From assembly GCF_009914755.1 (NCBI RefSeq), contig NC_060942.1: a DNA stretch of 64,000 nt; one strand, 5' to 3'. The notes beneath the pieces were generated by a model. That model saw only the letters and a list, made by a program, of their open reading frames with translations. It was not told the origin of the DNA and searched no databases. Of the stretch, positions 1 through 12,610 are shown piece after piece. Position 1 is the first letter of the stretch. Each line of letters starts with the position of its first letter. The position numbers and the translations under genes were made by a program. Source of the stretch: the human T2T-CHM13v2.0 reference genome, Homo sapiens.

Positions 1-76
1 GGTGTGTGCCTGCCTGGGCGTGCAAGCATAGCGTCATACATAGGACACGCCACACTACAGAAAGTCACGTGCTTAC

Positions 77-273
77 CTTGTATGCCTCCTCACTGACAGC
101 CTTGACATTGGCTTCTCTCCATTTTCCTGGTACCCCATCAATGACCTCGCGATAGTTCACATAATAGCCAGTAATTTCTGCCCCTCCAATCTTATCTGGT
201 TGCTTCCATCCAAGAACCATTGAGTCACGAAAACTTTCAAGACAGGTGATATCACAGGGTGGAGATGGTGGTG
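77..273 (-). CDS. MYOM1: MYOM1 exon 19 (197 nt), start of Fn3 domain My7: APPSPPCDITCLESFRDSMVLGWKQPDKIGGAEITGYYVNYREVIDGVPGKWREANVKAVSEEAYK
   Basis: Acceptor ctacag at 274-279 (rc) and donor AAG|gtaagc at 76; Fn3 W...GY motif. Confidence 0.95.
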
Positions 274-663
274 CTGTAGCAATATGAATAGCTTGTGAGT
301 AGGCAGAAATGCATTTATGATTCTATATATAAACATTTCCATGGGTGCCACATATGAGGGCACTAGATCTTGCAGTATAAAACTAAAATTCGAGGCTGAT
401 GAACTTGGCATTGAACTTGGTGAATGCAATGGACACAGTAAAAAGTACACTACAATTATTATTCCAAAGATAAAATGAACCTGTCCTAGCAAAATGGTAC
501 AATACCCTGAAAGAAAATGATTCTTTTCCCCATAAGAAGAAATATTTTTCCCAAGGTATAATTTTTGTTTCTTTATGTGGTTTAGTTTTCATTTGTTCCC
601 TGATGAAAATGGAATGTGTATATCAATTTCTGCTGCAATTTGCTTATTCAGAATTTCCATATA

Positions 664-982
<319 letters not shown>

Positions 983-2605
983 CAGAATTTCCATATATTT
1001 CTCAAATGGTTAGCCTTTCACCATTCAGGCACACTTACCCTTGTGAGACCTTACAACTACACAACTCTGTCTGCACACAAGAAAAAAATTTACTCTAGAG
1101 CTCAGCTAAATGACAGCTTTAGAAAACATTTTTAAAAAACAGACACAATCTGCTATGTGACTTTCTCTTAGTGTATAATACTTTTATCACATTATTTTTA
1201 ATCTGATGTTGGAATATTTTTCATGTGGTACAATACTATACAGCTGTCACCATGTTTATCAGTGCTTAGCTAGAAAAATATCTGGAGGATATTTCAAAAG
1301 TCCTCCTTCATTTATGTGGCTTTGCTGATCAGCTTTTCACTCAACTACTGAAATTACAGTTTTCAATGAAGAGAGGGGGTGAAGTGGTGGAAAGAAATAC
1401 ATCTAGATATGCAATAACATCGAAGAGAATTTTCTGAATGTTTATTTGGATTATAGGAGATAAAGAAACTATCTCATTCTTACCCAAAAAGAGTATCAGA
1501 AGAATGAAGGCTTTTAAAATAAAATACATTTATCTCTTCTCCACTTACCAACCTCCTTTATTCCTCACATTTTAAAAAAGCTTTCTCTCTCTCCCTCTAT
1601 TTCAGAGCATTGTTGAATATGTGCTCTCAAATGAATATCTCCTCTCGAGTTGAGGGACAAAGAAAGGTGTCATAAAACAGAGGAGGTTATAGAAGTTGGG
1701 GTGGGGTTAGAAAAAAGAACTGGATGAGAGGCATTTAAAAATTTATCAGCACATGTGCTTCAGTTCATTGTTGTTTGATAGGAAAAACAATGTCTCCTAG
1801 GATATATTAGCCACAGGTACCAAATATCCTAATCAGATCATTCTTAGCCTACTGATAAATCATCTTAAATAAATCACTTCTGGGAATGAGGATCATATAT
1901 CATACAATATAGCTATATGTGATTATAATTTTAACTTTTAAACTTTTCATGGTAACTCAAAGATATATTTATAGCTGTTTTTTTCTTTTCTTTTTTCATT
2001 TCAAAAAGTAGTAGGTAAGTAGCTATTTAGATTATTATTATTTTAGAAATTTTTAATCTTTTTATATACTTTTTTCACTTAAAGTATTTAATTTTCCAGT
2101 GTTGATTTTTCTTGCAAACTATTTAAATTAAATGTGAATAATCGCTTAATAATCTGAGGATGAGCAAGAAGGTAACAACTATGACCCTGGTACGATGTCA
2201 CCTTCTTTGTGAGATCTTTCTCCTCTACATGTTCCAAACATGACTATTTCAAAGGACCTCACACAGGCTAGCAGTACCAAGTCCTGCTCTCACATCGAAT
2301 TCTCTTAGCAAAATCAGGCCAGAGGTGTATCTGCCTGACAAACCAAGAAAGGCTCTATAACCAAATTACTTGAAACATTCTAGCATCATTAAGCACCCAA
2401 AATGATGTGTACAAGCCAAACCCATAGACAATTACTTTTCCAAGTCATCAGATGAAAGTACACATTTCAGATGGCTAGCTGAAAACACATACAATAAGAA
2501 TGGACATTGATGAAAGCAAACATGGATGAAGGATGTGATGTAGACGATGAGAGGTGAGGACAGTGATGGAGACGGATGGAACAGCTTCCCTTTCTCAACT
2601 CTCAC

Positions 2606-2893
2606 CTCTGTCTGTCTTCTTTTTCAGGGGGTCAGACTTACTTTTCCCCTGAGGAGCCGCTTTCTGTGGTGGCGGGGTAAGCTCTTCCTGAACTGTTTCA
2701 CTTACTTTACTCACTTCTGTTTGGCCCAGGTTTTGAGAGCTACTGGGTAGTGAAGGTTTGTTAGGTTTGCTGCCAAGCAAAGCATCTTTCTGGAAGGTTG
2801 GCGGGGAGGCTTCATGCACGCGCCCCCTGGAGGCGGTTAGTCCACCAGGCTCATCGCTCAGTGCGGGACACACATCTGGAGACACTCCTCCCC
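2606..2893 (-). CDS. MYOM1: MYOM1 EH (embryonic-heart) cassette exon, 288 nt / 96 aa, S/P-rich: GGVSPDVCPALSDEPGG...KSDPLKKKTDR
   Basis: Symmetric phase-1 exon between My6 and My7; acceptor actgtag, donor GAG|gtgaga; lies within ORF 2595..2924. Confidence 0.95.
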
Positions 2894-3395
2894 CTACAGT
2901 TGCCAGACAACAACAGAAACGCATTGAGCCCGGACAGAGTATCAGCTGCTCTTATAGGATAGAACAAAGAGAAAAACATTAGGACCACAAGCAGAACAAA
3001 AACAGTCTTGGCTTAAAGAAAATCGCTCACATTTGCAAGAAATATGGAAAGACTACATTTCACACAATATACGCCAAGGAACATTTCACCTTCCCCGTAT
3101 TCTGGAAAAAGAAGAAATGAGAACAAAGAAGCCAAAGATAGAATAGGAACCATTTCGATTTGCAGAACCCAAAGGGCTTTTAGTATATATAAGGAAAAGC
3201 AAATCTTAGACACAAATATTGAGAGATGTAAGCCCTATTATTCAACAGAATGAAAAAAGGACTATAAAGTGCACAAGAGACATCATATTAAAGATCCTAA
3301 TTTTATAACACCTCGAATTATGTGCAGTACTACAATAGTAATGGTCTGTACCTCTCAACCTCAAAGAGACATGTTTAGAATGGTTCACATTATAA

Positions 3396-3747
<352 letters not shown>

Positions 3748-3814
3748 TGAGATGCTAACTGAAGACAATCAATATTAAATCAGCTTTTTAAAAAACATGC
3801 GTTACTATATAATA

Positions 3815-4130
3815 AATTTTATTTTATTTATTTATTTATTTCAGACACAGGATCTTGCTTTGTTGTCCAGGGTGGAGTGCAGTGGTGAGATCATAGTTCA
3901 CTGCAGCCTTGAACTCTTGGACTCAAGTGATCCACGTGCCTCAGCCTTCTGAATAGCTGGGACTACAGACATGCACCACCATGCCTGGCTAATTTTTTTT
4001 ATTGTTATTTTTAGAAATGGGATTTCACTATGTTGCCCAAGTTGGTCTCAAACTCCTGGACTCAAGCAATCTGCCTGCCTCTCCCTCCCAAAGTGCTGGG
4101 ATTACAGGTGTAAGCCCCCGTGCTCAGCCC
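3815..4130 (-). mobile_element. Alu (J-type)
   Basis: Alu dimer with J-type gcagccttgaac. Confidence 0.85.
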
Positions 4131-4748
4131 ACAAATATTATTTGTATTGTTTCTAACCACCTGGGTCCCTTTTCTACTTTATCCAAGATTGGGAGGTACA
4201 TCACATACACACATATAATTACTTTATTACTGGTTTTATTCTGTTGGTTACTTTGCAAGCAAAGATGAAACATATGATTAAGCAATTACATGTGCCTTGC
4301 ATGAATTTTAGAGGGGTTTATAAGAAGCATGTTAATGTTCTGTTAGCAAAAACAAGCCAGGCTCTGGCATAGACCAAATGGCTTTTAGGGACAAGATGAT
4401 CTGTGTTATGGGTGATATACCACTTCATGGAATCGGAATGGCCCTTCACAGTCCCAGGATGAGCATGAAGTTAGAATGGAGTTTCACACAATGTGAAATA
4501 TCTGAGGAAACTTGGGTTCGTGAAGATGAAAAGGCTATGGATGCACAGAATCTGGATAAGTGATGAAGGTCTGTAAAATGGCAGCTATGGAAGGTTAGAC
4601 ATCACCTAGAGTCAGAGAAAATGATCATCTAAGGATGCAATCATCCAGCAATATTGGAAGCTAAATAATTTCTGGAGAGGATGGTATCTTCCTTTCTAAC
4701 ATAGAAAAATCCATTTTTCCCCCATACAGTTATGCATAAGGAACTTAC

Positions 4749-4870
4749 CAATAGCAGCTTTGACTTCAATAGCTTCTGAATCCTGGGAATATTCACTAAG
4801 TCCAGCTGCATTGACTGCTCTGACCCGGAAAATATAACTCTGACCAGTCACTAATCCATGACAAGTGAAT
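4749..4870 (-). CDS. MYOM1: MYOM1 exon 17 (122 nt), C-half of Fn3 My6: FTCHGLVTGQSYIFRVRAVNAAGLSEYSQDSEAIEVKAAI
   Basis: ttttag acceptor, gtaagt donor; Fn3 YxFRVRAVNxxG motif. Confidence 0.95.
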
Positions 4871-4969
4871 CTAAAAGGAAAACAAGTTTTAAAAAATTTT
4901 CCTAGGAGGAAGATTAAGGAAGATGATTGTTAGCTTAATGGAGTGGATCTGGCTTTATGAAAACAATTC

Positions 4970-5117
4970 TTTTTTTTTTATTGTGATTTATTTTGAACAG
5001 AAATGGGGTCTTGCTGTGTTTCCCAGGCTAGTCTTGAACTCCTGGCCTCGAGCCATCCTCTCTCCCACCTCAGCCTCCTAAAGTGCTGGGATTACAGTTG
5101 TAAGCAGCATGCCCAGC
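4970..5117 (-). mobile_element. FLAM / Alu monomer
   Basis: Single left-arm-like monomer. Confidence 0.75.
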
Positions 5118-5379
5118 TAATAATTCATTTTTTAAAGGAAGAAAAAGATGTAGAAAGATTCAGGTAATATATATACTTTAGACAAGAAGGTAACTAAGGC
5201 ACTTTTCTAAACCCACTCTGTCAAAAAATGAGGAGCCCTGGTCTTCCCCAAATGCTCACCAGTAAAATAGGGATAATGATGCTTACATGATAATTTTCAT
5301 GTAGAGGTTAGTTATAAAGTATATAAAGTACCTATATAGGGCCTGGCATATATGAGGTACTTAATAAATAATAATTAGT

Positions 5380-5540
5380 ATTAAAATTATTAGTATTAAT
5401 ATTATTATATATATGTATATATAATAATAATATATACATATATAATAATATATATGAGTTATACTCTAAAATTATTATTATATATGTGTGTGTATATATA
5501 TATATATATGAGTTATACTCTAAAATATATATATATATAT
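5380..5540. repeat. AT-rich low-complexity / (TA)n tract with duplicated atatgagttatactctaaaat
   Basis: Direct reading. Confidence 0.85.
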
Positions 5541-5824
5541 TTTGAGACGGAGTCTCGCTCTGTTGCCCAGGCTGGAGTGCAGTAGTGCAATCTCAGCTCA
5601 CTGCAACCTCCAACTCCCAGGTTCAAGCAATTCTCTGCCTCAGCCTCCTGAGTAGCTGGGACTACAGGCACCCACCACCACGCCTGGCTAATTTTTTTGT
5701 ATTTTTACTAGAGATGGAGTTTCACCATCTTGGCCAGGCTGGTCTTGAACTCCGACCTCGTGATCCACCCACCTCGGCCTCCCAAAGTTCTGGGATTACA
5801 GGCAAGAGCCACCAAGCCCAGCCA
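5541..5824 (-). mobile_element. Alu (Sc-like)
   Basis: Alu consensus. Confidence 0.88.
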
Positions 5825-5832
5825 ACTCATAT

Positions 5833-5960
5833 ATATTTTTTAACTTTTATTTTAGGCTCAGGGATACATGGGAAGGTTTGTTATATTGGTAAACTCGTGT
5901 CACAGGGGTTTGTTGACGGATTATTTCATCACCCAGGTATTAAGCCTAATACCCAATTAA
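5833..5960 (-). mobile_element. L1PA (older primate) 3' end fragment
   Basis: taacttttattttaggctcagggatacatg...ttatttcatcacccaggtattaagcct matches the reverse L1PA 3' UTR. Confidence 0.7.
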
Positions 5961-6389
5961 TAATATGATCAATGACTATTTTAGGTATATAACTATGGCT
6001 GTAAGGCATTGGTGGCTCCTTGTCATAGAGGCCTAGTCACTGTCTCGCTGCATGCCAAGGAAGGTACTTACTTGGGAAATTACTATAGAATCTGAAGATA
6101 AGGTGAACAATGGATTCTAGAATTACCATTTAGATATGAAGATTCAATAATGAGGTGTGAATCCATGGGAAGTTTCATCCATAAAAACAACCTAACTCTT
6201 TTCATAGCTATTATGGCTATAAATAGCTGTTTCATGAATCACTGTAACATTTGAATCCATCCTAAGGACTGCAGCCAGAGGAAATAACAGGTCTGCTAAC
6301 GAATCTATGACTATTCGCATGTTCAAGTATTTAACAAAGGAGCCATAATCTAGGCCAGCCCTTCAGTCCTTAGAGTCAGCTTTGCTTCA

Positions 6390-6490
6390 GCAAAGATTTA
6401 TTGGGGTCTCGGTGTTCCAGACACTGAGTTAGGTACTGTGGACAAAAGATGAACAAAAAATGGTGCCTGCCCTCTAGCAGCTCCTGCCTA
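6390..6490 (-). mobile_element. L2 3' fragment
   Basis: atttattg...ccagacactg..taggtactg...gacaaaagatgaacaa...ctgccctc L2 pattern. Confidence 0.55.
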
Positions 6491-7228
6491 CGCACCACCA
6501 GCATTTCTGAATAGTCCCAGGAAAATGCTGGGTAACTCCAAGGAAAAATGAAATACACCAACAGGCTAAATGAATCTCTTGCAAAACATATTGCCTTCCC
6601 TAATTAATCATTTATCTCTACTCTCTCACGTTCCGCAAAACCAACTCATTCTGTTGGGGTCCTCGGACTGAGAAGTGATCCAAGCCAGAAGCTGCCGAAC
6701 GAGTCTATTTGACAATTTCTGGGAGGGCAGCATCCCCCTCTCATACTGGTCTCTGGTCTGGGTGCAGATCAGAATTCACCATCAATGTGCAAAGCTGATT
6801 GATAAAATAGTTGAAAGCAAGGAAGAAACCAACCCTCTCCCCATTAGAAACAAATACAAAGAGGCAGCAAATTATTCTGAATGTCTTTGTTTTGGTGTAA
6901 CTATGTCTGCTTAGCACTGGGTTTAATCATGTTGATGTCCAGAATTTGTAAAATTTCGATACTTTTTTCTCTTCATTTAAAATTCCTGGGTAATTTATGT
7001 TAAGTAGAGTGTATTATATCCTCAGAATCTAATATCACGTTGCATATTAGATATAAAATCAGAGGGGTAAAAAAGGAAGAAGCAGCAAAAGCACTATGAA
7101 ATGAACTCTTACAATAGTTGGCATTATGTGTTGCTAAGTGTTTAACATCATAAGTGAACCTTTTAAAAAAAGATGTATTGCATCTAATGTGTTCAATTTT
7201 AAATTCATTTAAATATCTAAAGTGTAAT

Positions 7229-7558
7229 TGTTTTGTTTTGCTTGTTTGTTTTTTGAGACAGGGTCTTGCTCTGTTGCCCAGGCCAGAGTACAGTGTTGTG
7301 ATCATAGCTCACTGCAGCCTTGATCTCCCAGGCTCAAGGAATTCTCCCACTTCAACCTCTTGAGTAGCTGGGACTACAGCACACCACCATGCTGGGCTGA
7401 TTTTTGTATTTTTTGTAGAGGCAGGTTTTCGCCAGGTTGCCCAGGCTGGTCTCAAACTCCTGGGCTCAAGCAGGTCTCAAACTCCTGGGCTCAAGCAATC
7501 CGCCCACCTTGGCCTCCCAAAGTGTTGAGATTACAGGCATGAGCCACCACACCCAGCC
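7229..7558 (-). mobile_element. AluJ with internal 25-bp tandem duplication (7448-7497)
   Basis: Alu consensus; ggtctcaaactcctgggctcaagca x2. Confidence 0.88.
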
Positions 7559-7564
7559 TTGTTC

Positions 7565-7755
7565 TGTTTTGTTTTTTAGAGATGGGGTCTCCCTATGCTG
7601 TCCAGGCTGGCAGTGGCTATTTACAGGCCTGGTCATTGTATCCTACAACTTCAAACTCAAGCTGTAGTTGAACTCAAGTTGAACTCAAGCTCAAGGGATC
7701 CTCCCTCCTCAGCCTCCTGAGTAGCTAGGACTACAGGCCTGCCACTGCCTTGGCT
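7565..7755 (-). mobile_element. FAM (fossil Alu monomer, 7SL-derived)
   Basis: Contains cagtggctatt[t]acagg, the 7SL/FAM segment that dimeric Alus lack. Confidence 0.7.
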
Positions 7756-7770
7756 TATTTAAAGTATAAT

Positions 7771-7915
7771 GTTTTCTTGTTTTTTTTTTCAGTTTGTAAA
7801 GATAGGGTCTCACTGTGTTGGCCAGGTTGGTCTTGAAATCCTGGCTTCAAGCAATCTTCCCACCTCAGCCTCCGAAAGTGCTAGGATTACAGGTGTAAGC
7901 CACCACATCCAGCCA
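7771..7915 (-). mobile_element. FLAM / Alu monomer
   Basis: Monomer consensus. Confidence 0.75.
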
Positions 7916-8023
7916 AAAAGTAAAATTTTTTAAAAAAATCTCCTCCATTGGATGTCTGTGTGCCGTATGTGTCTATGGCAGCTCCAGAGGCCATTGCCCG
8001 CCCTGCACACCCGACTGAGTTAC

Positions 8024-8198
8024 CGTGAGCCCTTCACGGGGTTGTTGTTACAGGGCTCCCACTTGCCAGAGCCAGCAACGCTCGCCTCTATGTAGTACCC
8101 GACCAGCTCTTTGGCATCTTTGGACTCCTCCCACGAAACTACCACTGAGGTGTCTGTGTTTCTGCTTGGGATGATTTTGCCAGGAGCCTTGGGGATAT
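8024..8198 (-). CDS. MYOM1: MYOM1 exon 16 (175 nt), N-half of Fn3 My6: DIPKAPGKIIPSRNTDTSVVVSWEESKDAKELVGYYIEASVAGSGKWEPCNNNPVKGSR
   Basis: tctcag acceptor, gtaact donor; frame continuity. Confidence 0.95.
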
Positions 8199-8220
8199 CT
8201 GAGAAAGAGGAAAATGGTGA

Positions 8221-8623
<403 letters not shown>

Positions 8624-8920
8624 TACATTGTATTTTTTAAAGCAAAAAATTTTAAAACAGTTAGGGAGCATGGATAAACTAAATGTCCATGAACTTCAGA
8701 AAAAACACATTATCAATATTGTTGAAACTCCCAAAGAAGTTTACTTTTCATAAACAAAAATAATGAATTTTTGTTTAATGTATAGGTTAAGTACAGCCAT
8801 CGAGTAAATTTATAATATGAAAGAAGGATGTCACCATTTTTACTCCTGGCCAAATATACATATACTAGATCCTTGCTTTGAAATTTTCTCTTGAAGTAAA
8901 AGAAGTTTACAGTTGCTTAC

Positions 8921-9104
8921 CAAGTTTGTCCCCTACCACAGTCACCTCCGTTGCCTCTGAGGGCTCACCAACTCCTGCAGAATTAGAACAGCGGACACGG
9001 AAACAGTAGGATTTCCCCTCGGCCAAGTCAAACAGAGCAAAGCGGGGAGACTTCACAGGGAGCTCCGTGTTCACTCGCTGCCAGTTTTCTGTTCCTGCCT
9101 CACA
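8921..9104 (-). CDS. MYOM1: MYOM1 exon 15 (184 nt), C-half of Fn3 My5: CEAGTENWQRVNTELPVKSPRFALFDLAEGKSYCFRVRCSNSAGVGEPSEATEVTVVGDKL
   Basis: ctgcag acceptor, gtaagc donor; ORF 8907..9176. Confidence 0.95.
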
Positions 9105-9297
9105 CTGCAGCAAGAACAGGGAAACCCATTGAAAGCACAGCAAACACAAGCGAGAATCCAGGCCAGGCAACTCCAAGTTTCATTCATCTGCAACAAACCA
9201 CTCCCTGTAATGCAAGCTGGACTGGAGGAGAGATGAGGAGGAAATAGGGGATGAGGCATCTGAAGTTCGTAGGATTCTCTAAATCAAACTTGGCTTT

Positions 9298-9658
9298 TGA
9301 TACGGTTTGGCTGTGTCCCTGCCCAAATCTCATCTACAATTGTAGCTCCCATAATTCCCATGTGTGTGGGAGGGACCTGGTGGGAGATAATTGAATCATG
9401 GGGGCGGTTTCCCCCATACTGTTCTCGTGGTAGTGAGTAAGTCTCATGAGAGCTGATGGTTTTATAAGGAGAAACCTCTTTCACTTGGCTCTTATTCTGT
9501 CTCTTCCCTGCCACCGTGTAAGACGTGCCTTTCGCCTTCCACCATGATTGTGAGGCCTCCCCAGCCACATGGAACTGTGAGTCCATTAAACCTCTTTTTC
9601 TTTATAAATTACCCAGTCTCTGGTATGTCGATCAACAACATGAAAATGGACTAATACA
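9298..9658 (+). mobile_element. THE1 (ERVL-MaLR) solo LTR, antisense to MYOM1
   Basis: Starts tgatacggtttggctgtgtcc, ends aatggactaataca; near-TSD gcttt/gcgtt; attaaa polyA signal. Confidence 0.92.
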
Positions 9659-9799
9659 GCGTTGTATTGTTTGAAAAATATGCTACTTTAATATTTCTCT
9701 TCCTTTGTTAACTAAATACAATAATCTGCTTACAAAAGTCTTATTTTGAGGATCGTTTGGGGTCAGGTAATTTTCTAATTTTAATTAAATTAAATTAAA

Positions 9800-10090
9800 T
9801 TTTATTTTATTTTATTTTTGAGACAGGGTCTTACCCTGTCACCTGGGCTGGAGTACAGTGGCACAATCACGGCTCACTGCAGCCTTGACCTCTTTGGGTT
9901 CAAGTGATCCTCCCACCTCAGCCTCCCAAGTAGTTGGGACTACAGGCACATGCCACCACACCTGGCTAATTTTTGTATTTTTTTGGTAGAGACAAGGTTT
10001 CCCCATGTTGCCTAGGCTGGTCTCGAACTCCTGGGCTCAAGCGATTCACCCACTTCAGCCTCCCACAGGCATGAGCCACTGCACCTGGCC
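9800..10090 (-). mobile_element. Alu (J-type)
   Basis: Alu consensus. Confidence 0.85.
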
Positions 10091-10273
10091 TGCCCATTAC
10101 CTATTTAAAAGAATTCTTGGTCCTTTTCTTATCACTCTCTGTTTCTTAGCCTGCTTTATTCTTCTTCAATCATGTATCACTATTTGAAATTAAGTTATTT
10201 GTTGTCTCCTCCACTGAAGAGCAAATCACATAAGCTCAAGGAGCTTTGTTCACTGCTTTATGACAGAGCATAG

Positions 10274-10625
<352 letters not shown>

Positions 10626-10667
10626 AGTGTTTTTTTTCTAAATGACTGAAAGATGAAGATGTTTTTC

Positions 10668-11345
10668 TACTATATGATCCAGCAATCCCACTGCTGGGTA
10701 TCTATCCAAAAGAAAGAAAATCAGTATGTCAAGGAGATATCTGTACTCCCATGTTTATTGCTGCACTCACAAAAGCCAAAATATGGAATCAACCCAAGTG
10801 CCCATCAGTGGATGAATGGATAAAGAAAATGTGGTAAATATGCACAATGTAATGTTATTCAGCCACAAAAAAGAATGAAGTACTGTCATTTGCAGCAATA
10901 TGAATATAATTGGAGGTCGCTAAGTGAAATAAGTCAGGCACATAAAGACAAATATCTCATGTTCTCATTCATATATGGGAGCTAAAAAATTTGATCTCAT
11001 GGAGGTAGAGAGTGGAATGGTGGTTACCAGAGGCTGGGAAGGGTTGGGGGTGGTGGTGAAGAGAGGTTTGTTAGTGGGCACAAAAATACAATTAGAAGAA
11101 ATAAGTTCTAGTGTTCAATAGCACAGTAGGGTGACTATAGTTATCAGTAATTTATTATATATTTCAAAATACCTAAAAGATAAGATTTGGAATTTTCTCC
11201 ACAAAAATGACAAATGTTTGAGGTGATGGGTACCCCAATTACTCTGATTTGATCATTACACATTGCAAAGATGTATCAAAATATTCAGTGTACCCTGTAA
11301 ATATGTGCAATGATTGTGTATCAATAAAAACCAGATTAAAAAAAG
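10668..11345 (+). mobile_element. L1MA-type 3' end (ORF2 C-terminus + 3' UTR)
   Basis: atgatccagcaatcccactgctggg...gatgaatggataaagaaaatgtgg...ggttaccagaggctgggaaggg. Confidence 0.85.
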
Positions 11346-12229
11346 ATGTTCTCTTTTTTTGCCCAAGTCTTAGAATAATTAATGGGAAAATTAATTTTTA
11401 ATGAGACTCTATTCTTAAAATTAAAATGATTTAGAGTGACTTGGAAATCCTCGAATGAAGGACGTGGTGTATATTTGAGCTCTGGTAGAAGATACAGTAA
11501 CAAAACTGTCAGAAGTCTTTGGTAATCCTTATTCCCTCCTATTTTAATTTCCAACTTTGCCCATGGTTGGTAAGAGAAGAAATTTAGAAACTCTTGCCTG
11601 ATTTCACTACAGAATTTTGTAACGTTTTCAAAAGACTTTTCTGAAGTCCAGATCTCGTGACAGGTTGACCAGCTGTCAGGATGGTACATTTTTGGGACTT
11701 TAAGTTTATCAGTCCACCACACAGGATGATCTTCGTTGACTTGACAGACAGGCAACATGGCATGGCATAGAGGAGACAAAGGGATGGGATCTGGTCCCTT
11801 TGTGTTAATAACAAGCCACGTGACCTTGGAAAGCCACACGCATGCTCTTGGCCTTGGTTTCGTCTTCTATGAAACGAGCAAATTTGACAAGGTAACCTCT
11901 AAAGTTCCTTGCAGTGTTTTTTATGATAACATTATCTTTTGTGTGTCTGCTGTCTCCTGAGGGACGAAACTCTCTCAGACCTTTAATCTTTTCATTTATG
12001 GCTTTGATTTCTTTTAACATATTCCACCCTGGCAAATTCTTAAGCTGTTATCAGTTGTTTATACTCTCATAAAAAAATAGCTGCCTTTCACTGTGCCGAA
12101 AACTTTATAAGCCATTATTACTCTTTACTCCTCTCAACTATGCCATGGAGTAGGTATTGTGGAGGTAGTATTGTATGATTGTCAACGTTTTCCAGAGGAG
12201 AAGACAAGCCTGGGAAGATTGAAAGGTGG

Positions 12230-12610
12230 CCCAGTGTAATAGTTGGATTTACGCACCTGAACCAGACTGCTGGGGTTCAAATCTCAGTTCTGTGTTTTAC
12301 CAGCTCTGTGACCTCGGGCAAATTATATACCTTTCTATGCCTCAGTTTCCTCATCTACAAAATAGGCATGATCTGCCAGGCACAGTGGCTCACAACTATA
12401 ATCCCAGCACTTTAGGAGGCTAACAGGGGAGGATAGCTTGAGCCCAGGAGTTCGAGATCAGCCTGGGCAACATAGGGAGACCCCATCTCTACAAAACACT
12501 TAAAAATATACAGGCATGATGAAAACAAAGATATTTACCTCATAGGACTACTCTAAGAATTAAGTGGGTTAACTCATGTAAGGTGCTTAGAACAGTGCAA
12601 ATCTTGGCTA
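12230..12610 (+). mobile_element. MIR interrupted by a FLAM (12375-12510, +)
   Basis: tgtgacctcgggcaaatta...cctcagtttcctcatct MIR core; FLAM_C-like monomer. Confidence 0.7.

Noticed and set aside
3815-3842. AATAAA clusters on the gene strand (also ~9800) as intronic polyA sites
   Set aside because: They derive from Alu tails; no evidence of use from sequence alone
11336-11839. 167-aa minus-strand ORF in unique sequence
   Set aside because: No recognisable domain, non-ATG start, and not needed for the exon 14-15 frame
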